DNA of 64,000 nucleotides from Flectonema sp. DT1601 (Eukaryota): assembly GCA_964019425.1 (NCBI GenBank), contig OZ025792.1, positions 1,178,001 to 1,242,000 on the forward strand, read 5' to 3'. Made by a program: the position numbers and the translations under genes. Within the stretch, counting starts at the first letter, position 1, and each line of letters opens with the position of its first letter. Below the pieces are notes generated by a model. That model made no database searches and was not told the origin of the DNA. It saw nothing but the letters and a program-made list of their open reading frames with translations. Below are positions 1-12,175 of the stretch, piece by piece.

Positions 1-143
1 AAAGTATTCATTTCTGCAGTTTCCTAACATCAAAGGGTAATAGAATATGTAGTTTCAGGAGCCTTAATCTTATACTACTTGTCCCTTTTTAGGCCTTTAT
101 CAGTAAGTTCTAAGGGACTTCATTCTATGTTGAAGTTGCTATC
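1..143. repeat. Direct repeat, copy 1 (runs off the window start); copy 2 at 3528-3670
   Basis: aaagtattcatttctgcag...gaagttgctatc recurs at 3528-3670 with one substitution seen. Confidence 0.9.
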
Positions 144-522
144 ATTCAATTTGGTTGTCAAGTTCAAAAGGTTTAATAAATTTATGAACAAATAAATATC
201 TGTATCGTACCAGAGTTGACAAAAATAAATAAAAAAAAATATTATTTACAAAGCCTAGGAGCCAAAAGCCAGGAAAGGCACACAGGGTAACATATATCGC
301 TACCAGCAACCGTGAGATTCTCACAGACGATAAGAGACGTAGAATAACCTGGAACAAATGAGTACCTAAACCCACCGTCCACGCGAGCAGACAGTATTAG
401 AGACGGCTGATAACGCCAATTTTCGTCAAAGAATAATAAACTATTAGTAATAATATAGTTGACTAAATGTTAGTATAGGTAAACACCCTGCATTTGACGT
501 AGAGGACTTTACATTAGTTTAG

Positions 523-705
523 TTAGCAAAATACAGAACTGAGGACTACGAGGGGTCTGGGCATACCGCATCAGTAAGGAACCAATCGCGAAGATTGTAG
601 TTTTATAGCTTCGGTTGGAAGAGATTGACTCCCAGCTCCCACCTTACCCGAGGCCAACAGGTTAAAACAACTAAAGAAAATAAAGAGAAATGATCTGGGA
701 GTGGG
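523..705 (+). repeat. Short dispersed (SINE-like or retroelement-end) repeat, copy 1
   Basis: Core gactacgaggggtctggg..gcatcagtaagg..aatcgcgaagattgtag..ccacctt..aggtt..aaatgat is shared with ~17957-18130 and partly with 11618-11721, 23836-23939 and 48521-48692. Confidence 0.75.
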
Positions 706-789
706 AGAGGGGTGACAAAAATAAAAAAATCTTTTTTATTCTATAATGTGTTTATAAGAAAGAGGATTGAAGTTAAGCTTTCTGGAGGA

Positions 790-1430
790 ATCTGGGTTAA
801 AAATAGGCAGAAAGGCCTGGGATGCCAGAAACTACGTGCCCATAAGTATACGAACCAAAGAAGAGCTGTGCAGTCAAGTGAGAACGAGCTCAAGACAACC
901 TCGTCTGACTTCAATAGTAGCAAAAAGGCTTCCAGCTCAACATGGAGACTGTTACGTTGCAGAATGTCCTTGGGGACATTTAAATCTATCTATTAAGTCA
1001 GCAGTATTCGAGATGCTATATCAGAATCTACATACCGCCGTATACGTGGGAATGAATATCGTCACCTTGCACTGCGAACTGATATCTGCTCCTACTGCCC
1101 GTGTGGACAGACAATTGGAAAGAAAATTGTCCAAACTACTTAGCAAGTTGAGCCACAGCATGATAACTTATTAACTGTTTGGAATGCTGCACGTGCCAGT
1201 CCGCTGACAATACAACTAATGGCGTCCAATAAAAGTGGCTTACCTGATGGTGTACGACCAGCTGCTATCTCATTATAATGATACAACAGACTTGTTGAGG
1301 TTCATTATCATGTAGAAGAGTTTAAGAGACAGAATGCAGTCTATTCAGAAAACACTTCTGATACGGAGATGATTTAATTATAAAACTTGATTATAAGGAG
1401 CCTTCTCCTTAGGTACCTTGCCACAGGTAC
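790..1430 (+). mobile_element. Degenerate non-LTR retrotransposon reverse-transcriptase relic
   Basis: LINE-RT-like motifs in canonical order across broken frames: NYVPISI (cf. NYRPISL), LTSIVAKRL..QHG, GLPDG (cf. GVPQG), YGDDL at 1362-1376 (YxDD), RYLA (cf. KYLG). Confidence 0.55.
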
Positions 1431-3527
1431 CACAAGAGTCATTATCGTAATACTACCAGCATGAGAAGTACAGTTGTCTGGGTGTAATGCATTTCAAGTT
1501 GCACTATGGGACTCGACAGGAACTGACTTTCTAGTGCGATGCATAGTCATATGGAGGGTTATATTGCTATTGAACGCCAGCAACAAATTCAAAGAATGTC
1601 TATTCATAAAATCGAAGTAAGAGGGGAAATCAGATAAGAATATGCGAGGCTTACCCAACGTGTGTGGATTTGTTAATTGTTGAAAGAAAAAAACTTTTTG
1701 ATAATTGCCGCATACAGATCAATTCAAGACCGATGGTAACTCTTCTGAGAGCCACTCAGAGCTCTCGCGATCGGCATGTGATACGTCCGAAGGAAACGCA
1801 AAAAGTGTAGAACACGGTGTTAAAAACTAATAATAATTATCACGTTAAAAATATTATTTCACTGAGGATCCTACCTATTTTCACAATGAAATGTCAGAAT
1901 ATAGATTTAGAGGATGATACTTTTGGCAAGGCTGCATATGTTATGTTTGGGTTTCTCTGTAAGCCACAAGCAAAAAATGCAAGATTTCTTTTTTTTTACA
2001 AAGATTACAGGTTAAGTAGATCCACCTGGAATTGATTCCTTTGGGGCATGTTTCAGACAGGGTTGGGGTTCGATTGAGTTGTACATGCCCGCAGTTTATC
2101 GTTGACCAAAACGGTACCAGACTTTTGACATGTCCTCATATACATTTTCCTTCTTTATAATACGACTATATGTGCCATATGCCCAAATACCACGAAAAAA
2201 AATAGAAAACCCCCGGAACAGTACTGAGGATCGTTCGCCTCCAGTTGTCCAAAGCATTATAATTGTACTGTGGGCTTACCGAAAAGCTTGAAAAAATTAC
2301 CACAAAAATTGGGCAGCACATAGCCATATTACTCAGCAAGAAATGAAAACAAAAGGATCAGGTAAGATGACAGTCAGCCGGACCAAACATTATAATAAAT
2401 GGTTCTAACTTAGCTGCAAACGCATCTCTTTTTTGGGAAACCAAACCCATAATATGGCGGAGTGCAGGTTTCACCTATTAATTACTTGTCAATAAATAAA
2501 TAATTCTTTAAAAGAATGAGTTAGTTTATATCTAGTTCGTAGTACACTACTATCGGAGAAACACCTTAAATTGTTATCTATAATTCAGTTAGAAAACTTG
2601 TGATATTTTGGTAATGTAGAAACAGTAATAAACTTTAAAACACTCAAAAGATACGTGATAAGGTTAAACTAAGACGTATGACAGAAGCTTTATCTTCATT
2701 TCAGAATAGTAACCAAAATGATTGATAATAGATTACTTTCTCGTACATAACAAAACTAATGTCAGTATAAGTTTCCAGAAATCGTTATCGAATCTGGTGA
2801 TTCCGGGTCCACGTTCTACAAGTTCAGCGCCCAATGCCTTGCAGTCCGTTACAGCGGATGTAAATTTCTATTCTTTTTTTGTTTTTCGGTTATCATTATT
2901 TATTTTATATGGCTTTATTTCTTAGTTCGAAGCTAGTCACTACTACCGGAGCACACTTCTGCTACAGAATGTTGATTACTGTGTGATTGAAAAGTACTCT
3001 GACACATGGATTTTTGAGTTAGGCTTTCCACGATGTAGTTTAGATTGCTCTCTCTTTTTTTCATGTGTTTGTATGTATCCGTTTATCGAAAAGATAAGGT
3101 CACAATGATCAAGAGAAAGGAGTTAGTTTGAGCATACTTATATTGAATATAAGTATGTTTATGTATCAAAAAGGTAACTGATTACTTATTTATCGAAGTC
3201 AGGAAAGTGAAACTTCAGAAGTTTACTGAGTACCAGTCGCTCCACTAATACAAATCAGAGGGTTAACTATTTGATAAGATTTATAATGATATAAATCTTT
3301 TTGTTTTGTTTCAAAAATCAACTAATATAAACAGGTGGAGTAGATCGATACCAGCAAGCTCAAAAAGGAACAACAATCTCTCAGGGGAATTCGGATAAAT
3401 CAATAAGGTTAACACGCAAACAATCCGCATTTTGGGGAAAATGTTGCAGTTATCCAAATTTGGCTGAAACTTCGTTCTCCGAAATGCCAAAAGAAAAGTG
3501 AGAATAAAAAAATAGATAAGTAAAAGA

Positions 3528-3670
3528 AAAGTATTCATTTCTGCAGTTTCCTAACATCAAAGGGTAATAGAATATGTAGTTTCAGGAGCCTTAATCTTAT
3601 ACTACTCGTCCCTTTTTAGGCCTTTATCAGTAAGTTCTAAGGGACTTCATTCTATGTTGAAGTTGCTATC
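3528..3670. repeat. Direct repeat, copy 2 of 1-143
   Basis: Near-identical to window bases 1-143. Confidence 0.9.
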
Positions 3671-4261
3671 GTTCGTTCTAAGATAAAAATCCATCGAAGC
3701 TCGCTAATTTTTATCTTTGACGTCTGCTCGTTTCACTGGTTGAGTTTGAATTAGCTTCAACTGAAGTGATGTAATATAATTTATAGAAAAATTAGACGAC
3801 AAACTTTAGTTTTAACTATTGAACTATAAAATAAAATAAAAAATAAAAAAAAAATTGAAAAAAAAAAAAAAACGAAAAATTGAAAAAATAGAAACATAAC
3901 AAAATGATAAAAAAAAAACACAAAATAAATAAATAAATAACTAGTACATGAATAACAATACGAACGCAGAGCGTCGACAGTATTCCTGACTGAAGTATCA
4001 AAAACATCATAATTTAAGAGGGGCATCAGAAGAAAGGAAAGCACGATCACTTTAATCGTCTTACTTGCACCGAAAAAAACAGAAAAAGAATTCGCAGCAT
4101 AAAAACTCCTTCCTGAGTGAAGAAGTATTAGCAAGTAGCTAATATAGTATTCTTGTGAAATTCTATAATTCATAACTATGACAACCCTGCAGAAACTTCC
4201 TAATTCCTTACTACGGAAACTTCCCTTAGCAGTCTCGTGAGGAAAAATCTACGAGTTTTTT

Positions 4262-5052
4262 TTATAATCCAGCCGTCAGATCCTTGAGAACAAATCCTCA
4301 CAGAATTATCCCTTCCACAGTAGAAGAATAATCGGCAGAGCACTTGATTGAAAACATTCGGTTTTCTTATTTATTCAGTTCACTAATAATATAAGAAAAG
4401 AAAGATCGAGAGAGTTCTCAAAAGAGAACCATTTCACTAACTTCTCTTGAGTACTTCAAAAGAAAAAAGAATCACTGCGCAAGTAAAATAATAACAAACA
4501 GGAACACAGAGCAAGCAATACAACGTGACATCACACTTTCATTCGTTGATCAGATATCAATGGTTGAATTACGCTTTGACACACTCTGAAAAACAACGTT
4601 CACAAAGTTCATAAAAAGGCAAAGAAGAGAGAAGACAAGAGAAGAGATACAAAGAAAGGATCGAGCGATCGTTTCTTTAGCACTCTATGTTGATAACTAA
4701 AAGCGGGACAGGCTCAACGTAAACAGCAGGAAGACAGAAGTGAACATTCACTACATGCGGATCACATTCTGAAGATAATAATGCTGAAGAAATAAACCTT
4801 ATTAAGACCCAGGTAAGAATCGGTGATTAAGATAATCAAAAGAAAGATTGAAGTGAGGATGATTAACAGGAAGGAACAACAAAGAATTCATTGAACTGAA
4901 ACAGTTGACCTGTCGTCATCCTTGGATAAGTAAATAAAAATAAAGATAAAAATAAGATAAGATAAATAATCAATCAAGGCAGAGATAAGGAATCGCTAAA
5001 CGCAGGCAACAAAGTCTTGGAATCAATAATAATGCAAGATAATATAAAATAA
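4262..5052 (+). mobile_element. Degenerate non-LTR retrotransposon RT relic; homologous copies at ~18325-18930 and ~28805-29587
   Basis: RTISLTS at 4425-4445 (cf. RPISLTS), RNTEQAI (cf. RSTxDAI), RFDTL (cf. AFDTV), LALYVDN (cf. YADD) and RLNVNSRKTE (cf. GLxINxxKT) in order, interrupted by stops and deletions. The nucleotide match to the two later copies is visible. Confidence 0.6.
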
Positions 5053-5994
5053 ACGAAAAGTCTTTTTCAGTTTCTTTCTCAAATTAAGTTGCACATATTC
5101 TCCAACTTTGATACCTAACAAGTAGAAAGCCTGAATCTGTGGAAATGGCGTCACGGCCGCATGTACGGAGTCATGTGTACTATTCAGATCTGAATAGTAC
5201 ACATGACTCCGACCAAGGGTTTGACACACGCAGCTCTACAGTTCAGCTTTTCCTTTTATTGTTGCCTAAAATAAAGTAAAATCTTCTAGGGTGGGAAAAA
5301 AGAGAAAAAAACCGATGATCTGCAGGGTGACTTGTACTACTCAAGTCTGTATTAGCAGCAAAAAAGAAAAAAAAGAAATTATAAATAAAATTAACACAGT
5401 CGAAACGGAAACTAACGGGGAGAACGGGAATGAAGAAGAAGATGCACAAATTGAAAAAATAATACTTCCCAAGATAGGGAATCTGTACAGCTCTCAACAA
5501 CCAAACTCAACAAACAAATATCTGCAGAGTGGGTGAATGCTTCCCTCCGTAAACAAAACAAATTAAAATCAATAAACCGACAAACTGTACGCGGCGTCTG
5601 TGAAGGACTACGAGGCGTTATTCCATCAAAGGATTAACGAAAAGAAAAGAAAGAAGAAATAAAGACAAACGTTTGTATCAATTTAAATACGACTCGAAAA
5701 ATCAAACACGGGAGATGAGCTTCTGAAGTCACCTCGTCGAGGTAAAAAAGATGTTACAAAAAAAAAAAAAAAGAAATATTCCTCCTGAGACTTTTCACAT
5801 TTATTTTATCTTAAACATGGAATGCCATAATCACAAAGCTACACAATAGAAAGTGCAGCCGACGTGCGAAAGCACTTGGAGTGTGATACGCGGAATTGTC
5901 ACTACGAGAGTTGATGGGCTACCACGTTAAGGACAAGAATTCGTCTTATCTTAAAATAATCACAATGATGACAAACCACGAAACTAAGAAGATG

Positions 5995-6113
5995 GGAAAC
6001 CATTTTAACTCGCGTCGTGATGAGGATCGATGATTGCAATTATTCTCCTTGAATGAGGAATGCCTAGTAGGCGCAAGTCATCAGCTTGCACTGATTATTT
6101 ATCATCCCTGCCC
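5995..6113 (+). pseudogene. Isolated fragment of eukaryotic 18S rRNA (3' region)
   Basis: cgtcgtgatgaggatcgatgattgcaattattctccttgaatgaggaatgcctagtaggcgcaagtcatcagcttgcactgatta..tccctgccc follows the conserved SSU segment just upstream of TTTGTACACACCGCCC. The flanks are not rRNA. Confidence 0.8.
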
Positions 6114-7400
6114 ACGTAACTCGCGAAACTGTGTCAACATTCTTTCTTCTCTCTTATAAAAAGATGTTGACGACGGAAGAAAAACTTCTCCGAAGAGCAT
6201 GACAAGAATGATGTCTTGCTCACAGAATCAGAAGTTTTAGTTATTTCTACATTCCTTCACACGGGAAACACCTTCCCCTTTCCCTTGACTCAAGAGAGAG
6301 AAAGAGAGAGAGAGCTTGTTGTATCTGCTGGTTAGTATTAATAATTAGATTTTAGTAGCTAGTTAGTGAGTACTAGGATTTCTAATCATCAACAAGAACT
6401 TCAAAAGTATTGTTTTTCAGGGCAACTAATTTTTACTAAATCGTTTTGTTGGGAATGAGAGACATCAAGTAGTCTGAGCTGACCAACAGATCAGTAGCTA
6501 AACTGAATTAACGACACCTTATGAGTAAGATGGAAATCAAATAACTTGCCGCGTGAAAACTTATCAATGCAATTTCATTAAAAGAAAAGAAAAATAAATA
6601 AAAAGTCGCAACTTGTTCAAGAAACCGAAACTGAACCGCTAAAAAAACACAACACAAGTATTCTTAATAAAAAATAATACTGAACTACAACGACAATAAA
6701 ACAAACACCAAGCTTAACCGAATACATTTGGGGGTGAGGAAACAAAATAAAAAGAAACGAATTTTAGGGGAGAATAAAATAACGCTGCCGAATTCAAGAA
6801 CATAACCGAGAACTTGATACTGTTCATGTTGTGACAAAACACATTTGAATATTCCAGTTCGACTTCTTTCATAAAGAGAACAAAAGAAAAACAAAACAAC
6901 AAATGGGACAACGAATTCCTTCTGCGTGCATCAACTGATACAGTACGACCAGCGTCATAAAACATTCGAGGGAACTATAGAAATCACTAAGAAAAGAAAA
7001 CGACAATTCAACCGCAAAGTGTCAACTAAACAGAATCCCATAAAAAATGAACCTGTACTCTTGACCACTACCATGCGACGTATGAATTACGAGGAAAGAT
7101 TAAAAAGGGAGAGCAGATGGACACAAGATAGCTCAAGAAAGTTAAAACAAATGTTTCTGCGCAAGAATAAAAATTTATAAAAGAACTAAGTCCATGGTTC
7201 CAACATGAGGTCACCTTCCCCTTACCTCCAGGATATTAAAAGGAGTCGTGTCCAAAGGGAAATGGGGAGTGCGACCGTTAACAATTCAGCCATAGCTCAA
7301 AAACAACTCGAACCATCAGAGAGTTGATGCAGCAAAAAAAGAAGAACAGCAGTATGCAGTAGGCAGGCAGTAATAAATCACTGTTGATGAACGACAATAG

Positions 7401-10400
7401 CTAAATCTCAACTATCTTGGAACTTCTGCCACTCCTACCCAGGAATTCTTGTCTCATTAAAGAAAGCTCTAAAGAAGCTTCCCCTGTTGGTAAATTCCTC
7501 ATCGTCAACACTGAACTAGAATTCGATGTCCTTGAAAACGAAGCCAACGGATGCATCGATGGCAACGGCGACAACGCATCACTCATCGACAATCCCAAAC
7601 TCGATCTAATCGGCATTGACTCGCTTACTACAGAAGTCTCATCAAGCTTCTTATTCTTTTCCCAATGTCTTTGTTGTACTCGAGTTCGAATACCCTTGCA
7701 CAGAATGTATCCTTCAACAAGAACATCAATTCCTGACTTAACTATTAAGACCATTACCGAAGCGAATAGTAAAGTAGAAGCGACTTCGAAAATGTAGTGT
7801 CCGGTGTTCTCTTCGTAGTACCCTGCTGCCAAGCAGAAAAGAGCAGCTGCCTGGAGACCGAGGAGGACGAAGTCGATGGTGCTGTCACGTGCTCGACAGT
7901 GCGGCCACAGAATTGCTTCGAGTACAAGGAGAATCAGAAAGAGAAATCCTTCAAAAAGTTTCTTGTGTCCGCACTGAATTAAAGTCCTGGTACTGAGAGA
8001 CTCCATAGCACTGATCGCAAGCATCGAAGCAAACTCCACAATACTAAACCAAACTACTTCCTGACGAAATGATCCAATCACTGTTCTGTAACGATTCACC
8101 CAATGAAGCTCAACATGATTGCTGACCCATTCTCCAGGTCCCATCAACAGTCGCTTCAATCCATAACGAGCATCGTCAGCGTACACTGCCTGACTAGGAA
8201 CTCCCTTCCTGCATTCTCTAAAGATAAATATTGGAACAGCAACACAACCACAACACGTTACCAATCCTATTATAAAGTGAAATGGCGTATTCGGGTAGCT
8301 CACAAGAGACATCCCACCTTGTGTCGTACCTTGGTATAAGAATTGGAAGACGAACAACGGAGCCGAAGGAAATCTCAGTAATCCCTGAGTGTCCAAACCA
8401 TTGAACAACTTTGGGGCACAACTCGTACCTCCCCGTTCTGCTATCTTCAACATGAAGAAACACAATACTGCAAACCCGAATGATATCATCACATTCCCAG
8501 CCACCATTCCAAGCGCATAACTGTCTCCAATTTTCCACTGTGTCGGGTGTAGAGGTCGAGGGTACTCCCTCGATGAATTATTTTGATCCCCAACACGACA
8601 GCTTCCAGATATCGCAACCAACCGCAAGGCTGGTCCCGCTGATGCACCGGCTCCCAAAGCAGAAGCCGCCGCAGCTGCCGAACCCATCTCTTCGACGGCC
8701 TTGATCGTCTTCTTGTCGATCGCTGGTGGAACTTCTGTTGGAGGTGCGGCAGTCTCAGGCACGCTAGTGGAAGGAACAGGAGTAGGAGGTAACGGAGAAG
8801 GCATCGGTGTCGGAATTAATGTCGGAATCAATGTTGGAGGAAATGTTGGCACAGCGGTTGGTACAGCAGTTGGTATTACAGGAACGGATGTTGGCACCGC
8901 AGTTGGAACAACTGTCGGAACAGCTGTTGTACCGATTGGTCGGGCTGTAGGAACAGTAGTGGGTACGGCTGTGGGGACAACTGTTGGCACTGCAGTCGGA
9001 ACGAAAGTTGGAACAGCGGTCGGTATGGCTGTGGGGACAACTGTTGGCACTGCAGTTGGAACAGCTGTTGGTATTGCTGTTGGAACAGCTGTTGTACCAA
9101 TCGGCCGGGCTGTCGGAACAGCAGTGGGTATGGCTGTGGGGACAACTGTTGGCACTGCAGTCGGAACGAAAGTTGGAACGGCCGTCGGAACAGCGGTCGG
9201 TATGGCGGTAGGAACAGCTGTTGACACTGCTGTCGGTATGGCTGTCGGAATTGCGGTGGGGACAGCTGTTGGCACCGCTGTAGGGATAGCCGTTGGAACA
9301 GCCGTTGGCACTGTGGTAGGCATGGCTGTTGGAACGGCCGTCGGAATTGCAGTGGGGACATCCGTTGGCACCGCAGTGGGTACTGCGGTATGGATAGCTG
9401 TTGGAACGGCGGTCGGAATTGCGGTGGGGACAGCTGTTGGCACAGCAGTGGGTACAGATGTTGGCGCAGCTGTAGGAACGGCGGTCGGAATTGCGGTGGG
9501 GACAGCTGTTGGCACAGCAGTGGGTACAGATGTTGGCGCAGCTGTAGGAACGGCGGTCGGAATTGCGGTAGGCACAGCTGTTGGTACTGCCGTTGGCACT
9601 GCGGTTGGCACTGCTGTCGGAATAGCTGTTGGAACAGGTGTTATTCTTCCGTAAAGCTTACAGGTACCAGTTAATTTATTGAGAGTGTAAATAAAGTCTG
9701 ACACTGCAAGAATTTGATCAGCATTATTAGGTACGGTATCGGCAATTCCACCGTCGAAGACCGGAAGAGTGGGACCGATACCGTAAGCTACTCCCGCAGC
9801 GTCTCCATTATGACAGGTTGCGTCTAACATATTACCAGGGTTAGTTGTTACACGGTTGAATGAAATTAAACTAGACTTTCCACCGAAGAAAGTATTCTCT
9901 CCTATGCAAAAGACATATCCGTTGCAGGCAATAATGCTTTTGAGTTTGTTCGTGTCGTAGAAATATGTCCCAGAAGACCCTTTGCTGCTTAGGCTACTGA
10001 CACCTGGAGCACTGGTTGAGTATTTACTGAGGAAAAATATATCTCCAGTGGACGTGTCTACGGTAATCGATCCGATGTCGTTGTTTCGTGAGAAGCTTCC
10101 TGAGCTGTCTACAGTTCCCATGGCAATGTCTGCCATTTCGAAGAAAACTATCCCTTTGTTTTGACATGCGCCATAGATAGTAGTTCCCTTAGCAGCGAGT
10201 TCAAGACAACTTCCAGAGTATGGAAATTCCATCGCATTCATAGTGTCAATTGCACCACCAGCAAGAATAGGAAATACATGTAGCTTACCAGGTTCAGCAG
10301 CAACCATATAAGGTGTTCCTCCGATAGTTATTGAAGTAGCAGTAATAATGTTTGAAGCGTAACTCTTTGTTGTCATAACTGTGCACTGAGTAGTTTCAGG

Positions 10401-10583
10401 ATCAAACTGTTTGATTTCAGTACCAGAAAATATGTACATCCACTTGTCATAAACAGCCATTGTTTCTAAAGGAGGATTGTATCCAACACTATCAAGAAAA
10501 ACTGTTTTGTAGCATGTTGCTAATTGCACTACAGTCAGAAGGATAAAAAACGTCCCCACATGCCTGAAGGTACTTGCCGCCAT
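7401..10583 (-). CDS. Surface receptor/adhesin A1: signal peptide, ~290-aa ectodomain, long PTAV stalk, type-A multi-TM C-terminus (bodonin/DGF-1-C-like)
   Basis: 1076-aa ORF whose track start (10631) is TTG; the likely ATG is MAASTF at 10583, just after cacacAG. Hydrophobic leader, Pro/Thr repeats, LHPTQWKIG..GMVAGN, then several hydrophobic helices. Confidence 0.85.
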   Translation of the reverse strand: MAASTFRHVGTFFILLTVVQLATCYKTVFLDSVGYNPPLETMAVYDKWMYIFSGTEIKQFDPETTQCTVMTTKSYASNIITATSITIGGTPYMVAAEPGKLHVFPILAGGAIDTMNAMEFPYSGSCLELAAKGTTIYGACQNKGIVFFEMADIAMGTVDSSGSFSRNNDIGSITVDTSTGDIFFLSKYSTSAPGVSSLSSKGSSGTYFYDTNKLKSIIACNGYVFCIGENTFFGGKSSLISFNRVTTNPGNMLDATCHNGDAAGVAYGIGPTLPVFDGGIADTVPNNADQILAVSDFIYTLNKLTGTCKLYGRITPVPTAIPTAVPTAVPTAVPTAVPTAIPTAVPTAAPTSVPTAVPTAVPTAIPTAVPTAAPTSVPTAVPTAVPTAIPTAVPTAIHTAVPTAVPTDVPTAIPTAVPTAMPTTVPTAVPTAIPTAVPTAVPTAIPTAIPTAVSTAVPTAIPTAVPTAVPTFVPTAVPTVVPTAIPTAVPTARPIGTTAVPTAIPTAVPTAVPTVVPTAIPTAVPTFVPTAVPTVVPTAVPTTVPTARPIGTTAVPTVVPTAVPTSVPVIPTAVPTAVPTFPPTLIPTLIPTPMPSPLPPTPVPSTSVPETAAPPTEVPPAIDKKTIKAVEEMGSAAAAASALGAGASAGPALRLVAISGSCRVGDQNNSSREYPRPLHPTQWKIGDSYALGMVAGNVMISFGFAVLCFFMLKIAERGGTSCAPKLFNGLDTQGLLRFPSAPLFVFQFLYQGTTQGGMSLVSYPNTPFHFIIGLVTCCGCVAVPIFIFRECRKGVPSQAVYADDARYGLKRLLMGPGEWVSNHVELHWVNRYRTVIGSFRQEVVWFSIVEFASMLAISAMESLSTRTLIQCGHKKLFEGFLFLILLVLEAILWPHCRARDSTIDFVLLGLQAAALFCLAAGYYEENTGHYIFEVASTLLFASVMVLIVKSGIDVLVEGYILCKGIRTRVQQRHWEKNKKLDETSVVSESMPIRSSLGLSMSDALSPLPSMHPLASFSRTSNSSSVLTMRNLPTGEASLELSLMRQEFLGRSGRSSKIVEI
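8810..9640 (-). repeat. Coding 12-nt tandem repeat (PTAV/PTAI/PTSV) with higher-order 72-bp and ~165-bp duplications
   Basis: Seen in the translation; the PTARPIGTTAVP block occurs twice (~8920 and ~9085). Confidence 0.9.
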
Positions 10584-10765
10584 ACTGTGTGGGTGGCTGT
10601 GAGTGAAGAACATGTAAAACATAATACTCAAATAACTTCGTCAATCAATTCTACTCTGATGAGGGGCATCTTGTCAATTGAAACTTCTGCATAATTGTGA
10701 TAACTGATGCAAAGATGAGAACAAGAGTAAAATAATTTCATTACCTTGTCTTCAAACATCCAAAT

Positions 10766-10958
10766 CATCGGTATTATTTTTCTTAGAAGCGAAGTCCCCT
10801 GCAAGGACTGCCAATCAGATAACAGCAGTACGTTGTTAAACATGTTGCAAGAACGGAACAGGGGTTCGTATAATGAAGGATTCGAAGGAAGAAAAACTGA
10901 TAAATACCTCTGAAAGCCACGAACCATGTTAGAACCTGATGCTCTTGTTGAAGCAGAA
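10766..10958 (-). pseudogene. Internal fragment of the 534-aa gene
   Basis: Near-identical to 16503-16695 (SNMVRGFQRYL...LLRKI). Confidence 0.85.
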
Positions 10959-10959
10959 A

Positions 10960-11721
10960 TTAATAATAATGACTCCAGAGTGCAGACGGCCGCTAACCAA
11001 GGAATCCTGGTATCATATTATGAACAACAATACTGAGAAATAATATCACCTTCAGAGATCATCTCATCAAATAGTTGACAAGTGTGTGAGACGATTATTA
11101 GTTTGTGGTGAAGACTTCAAAGCTAGGATGGTGTTTCAGAACACCGTCTGGAATGTGAAATACACTCACTTTTACGGAAACTGATAAAATACTAATTAGA
11201 TTGCTTGAAAACAGAGGAGTTAACTACTACAGAGGACGCAACTCCCCCGAGCTAAAAAAAAAAAAGAAAATGGTCAAATTTTAAAGCGAGTGTAATTATG
11301 GAATACAAAATGTATTCTCGGGAGTGTAAATGTAATTTTACTAAAATCCGGGAGCATAAAAGTAACTCCTCCTTATTTATAATCAATGCCGTGCACTTGT
11401 CACAAGTAGGGAAACAAAGAGTGTCTCAACCCACGATAACCCATCCTCACACAGAGCTATGCGTCATCTAACTGCCAACCAGTTGCCAGAATATCTTTTG
11501 TTTTTACTAACTGACCGAACAGTCAAAAAGAAATTCTGCAGACCCTCAATACCAACTGACTATGGTTAGTTAGCACATGAGTTTATTCTAAAATATGCGC
11601 TTAAGAAAACCCCACTAGAGGAACCAATCGAGGTTGCGTTTTTCGGAATGATCAACCAGCTGTCCACCTTGCCTATAGACTAGGTTGAAAACAGAAAATG
11701 AAAAAGAAAATGATTACGGGG
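10960..11721 (+). mobile_element. Possible internally deleted LINE relic (AP-endonuclease-like motif plus dispersed-repeat end); duplicate at ~23178-23939
   Basis: LVCGEDFKARM at 11098-11130 resembles the APE IxxGDFNAR motif. The 3' end carries the ccacctt..aggttgaaaac..aaatgat repeat. Confidence 0.4.
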
Positions 11722-12144
11722 TTTATGTATATTATGTAAATAAAATACAACTAGCATCATAATATAAACGATAATTTAATATCTGTTAAAGATACAGTGA
11801 GGGAGAGGAGACTAAAATACCTAATTTCTATTTCATACCTTCGGATGTAATTTCGACTACATTCGATCAACAGAAAAAAAAAAACAAAAAAGAGAGCAGA
11901 AAAAAACGAAATGAGCTAGTTTTGAGCATTTTCAAGAAAAAGTACATTTGTATCCAAAAACATAACCAATAAAGGTTGTATCCAACAAGGCACAGTTTAG
12001 CAAACAGAAATAGCGAGTAGGACTCCTGTATTCTGTTTAGATATTTATTTCGTAGAGTTAATTTTTTTAAAGTTAACGAAAAGTAATATTTCCAATCAAA
12101 GATGGCAATGCATCGCTGACAGCAAACACGAACCTAACAACAAC

Positions 12145-12175
<31 letters not shown>

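Noticed and set aside
2770..2860. tRNA-like or tRNA-derived segment on the minus strand (GATTCGATAAC)
   Set aside because: No cloverleaf or acceptor stem could be formed.
3781..4173. Phe/Lys-rich short ORFs here and in many spacers (e.g. 18004, 38966, 46961, 49368, 61839)
   Set aside because: Translations of poly-A/poly-T tracts with no protein-like composition.
6370..7180. Further AP-endonuclease relic and the 84-aa ORF at 6926-7180
   Set aside because: Only weak motif hints (GFLII, LDH); not distinguishable from chance by eye.
8810..9640. CRISPR-like periodic repeat
   Set aside because: Contiguous coding 12-nt units with no unique spacers, in eukaryotic DNA.
8701..9654. Long plus-strand GTAV-repeat ORFs (also 13607-14362, 21426-21872, 25823-26647)
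   Set aside because: Antisense shadows of the PTAV repeat, which has no stops on the opposite strand.
10628..10927. 99-aa ORF (and 101-aa ORFs at 15330 and 33475) abutting the receptor start
   Set aside because: Chance fusions of the K-gene fragment or spacer with the shared 5' flank; the reading frame is not kept in all copies.
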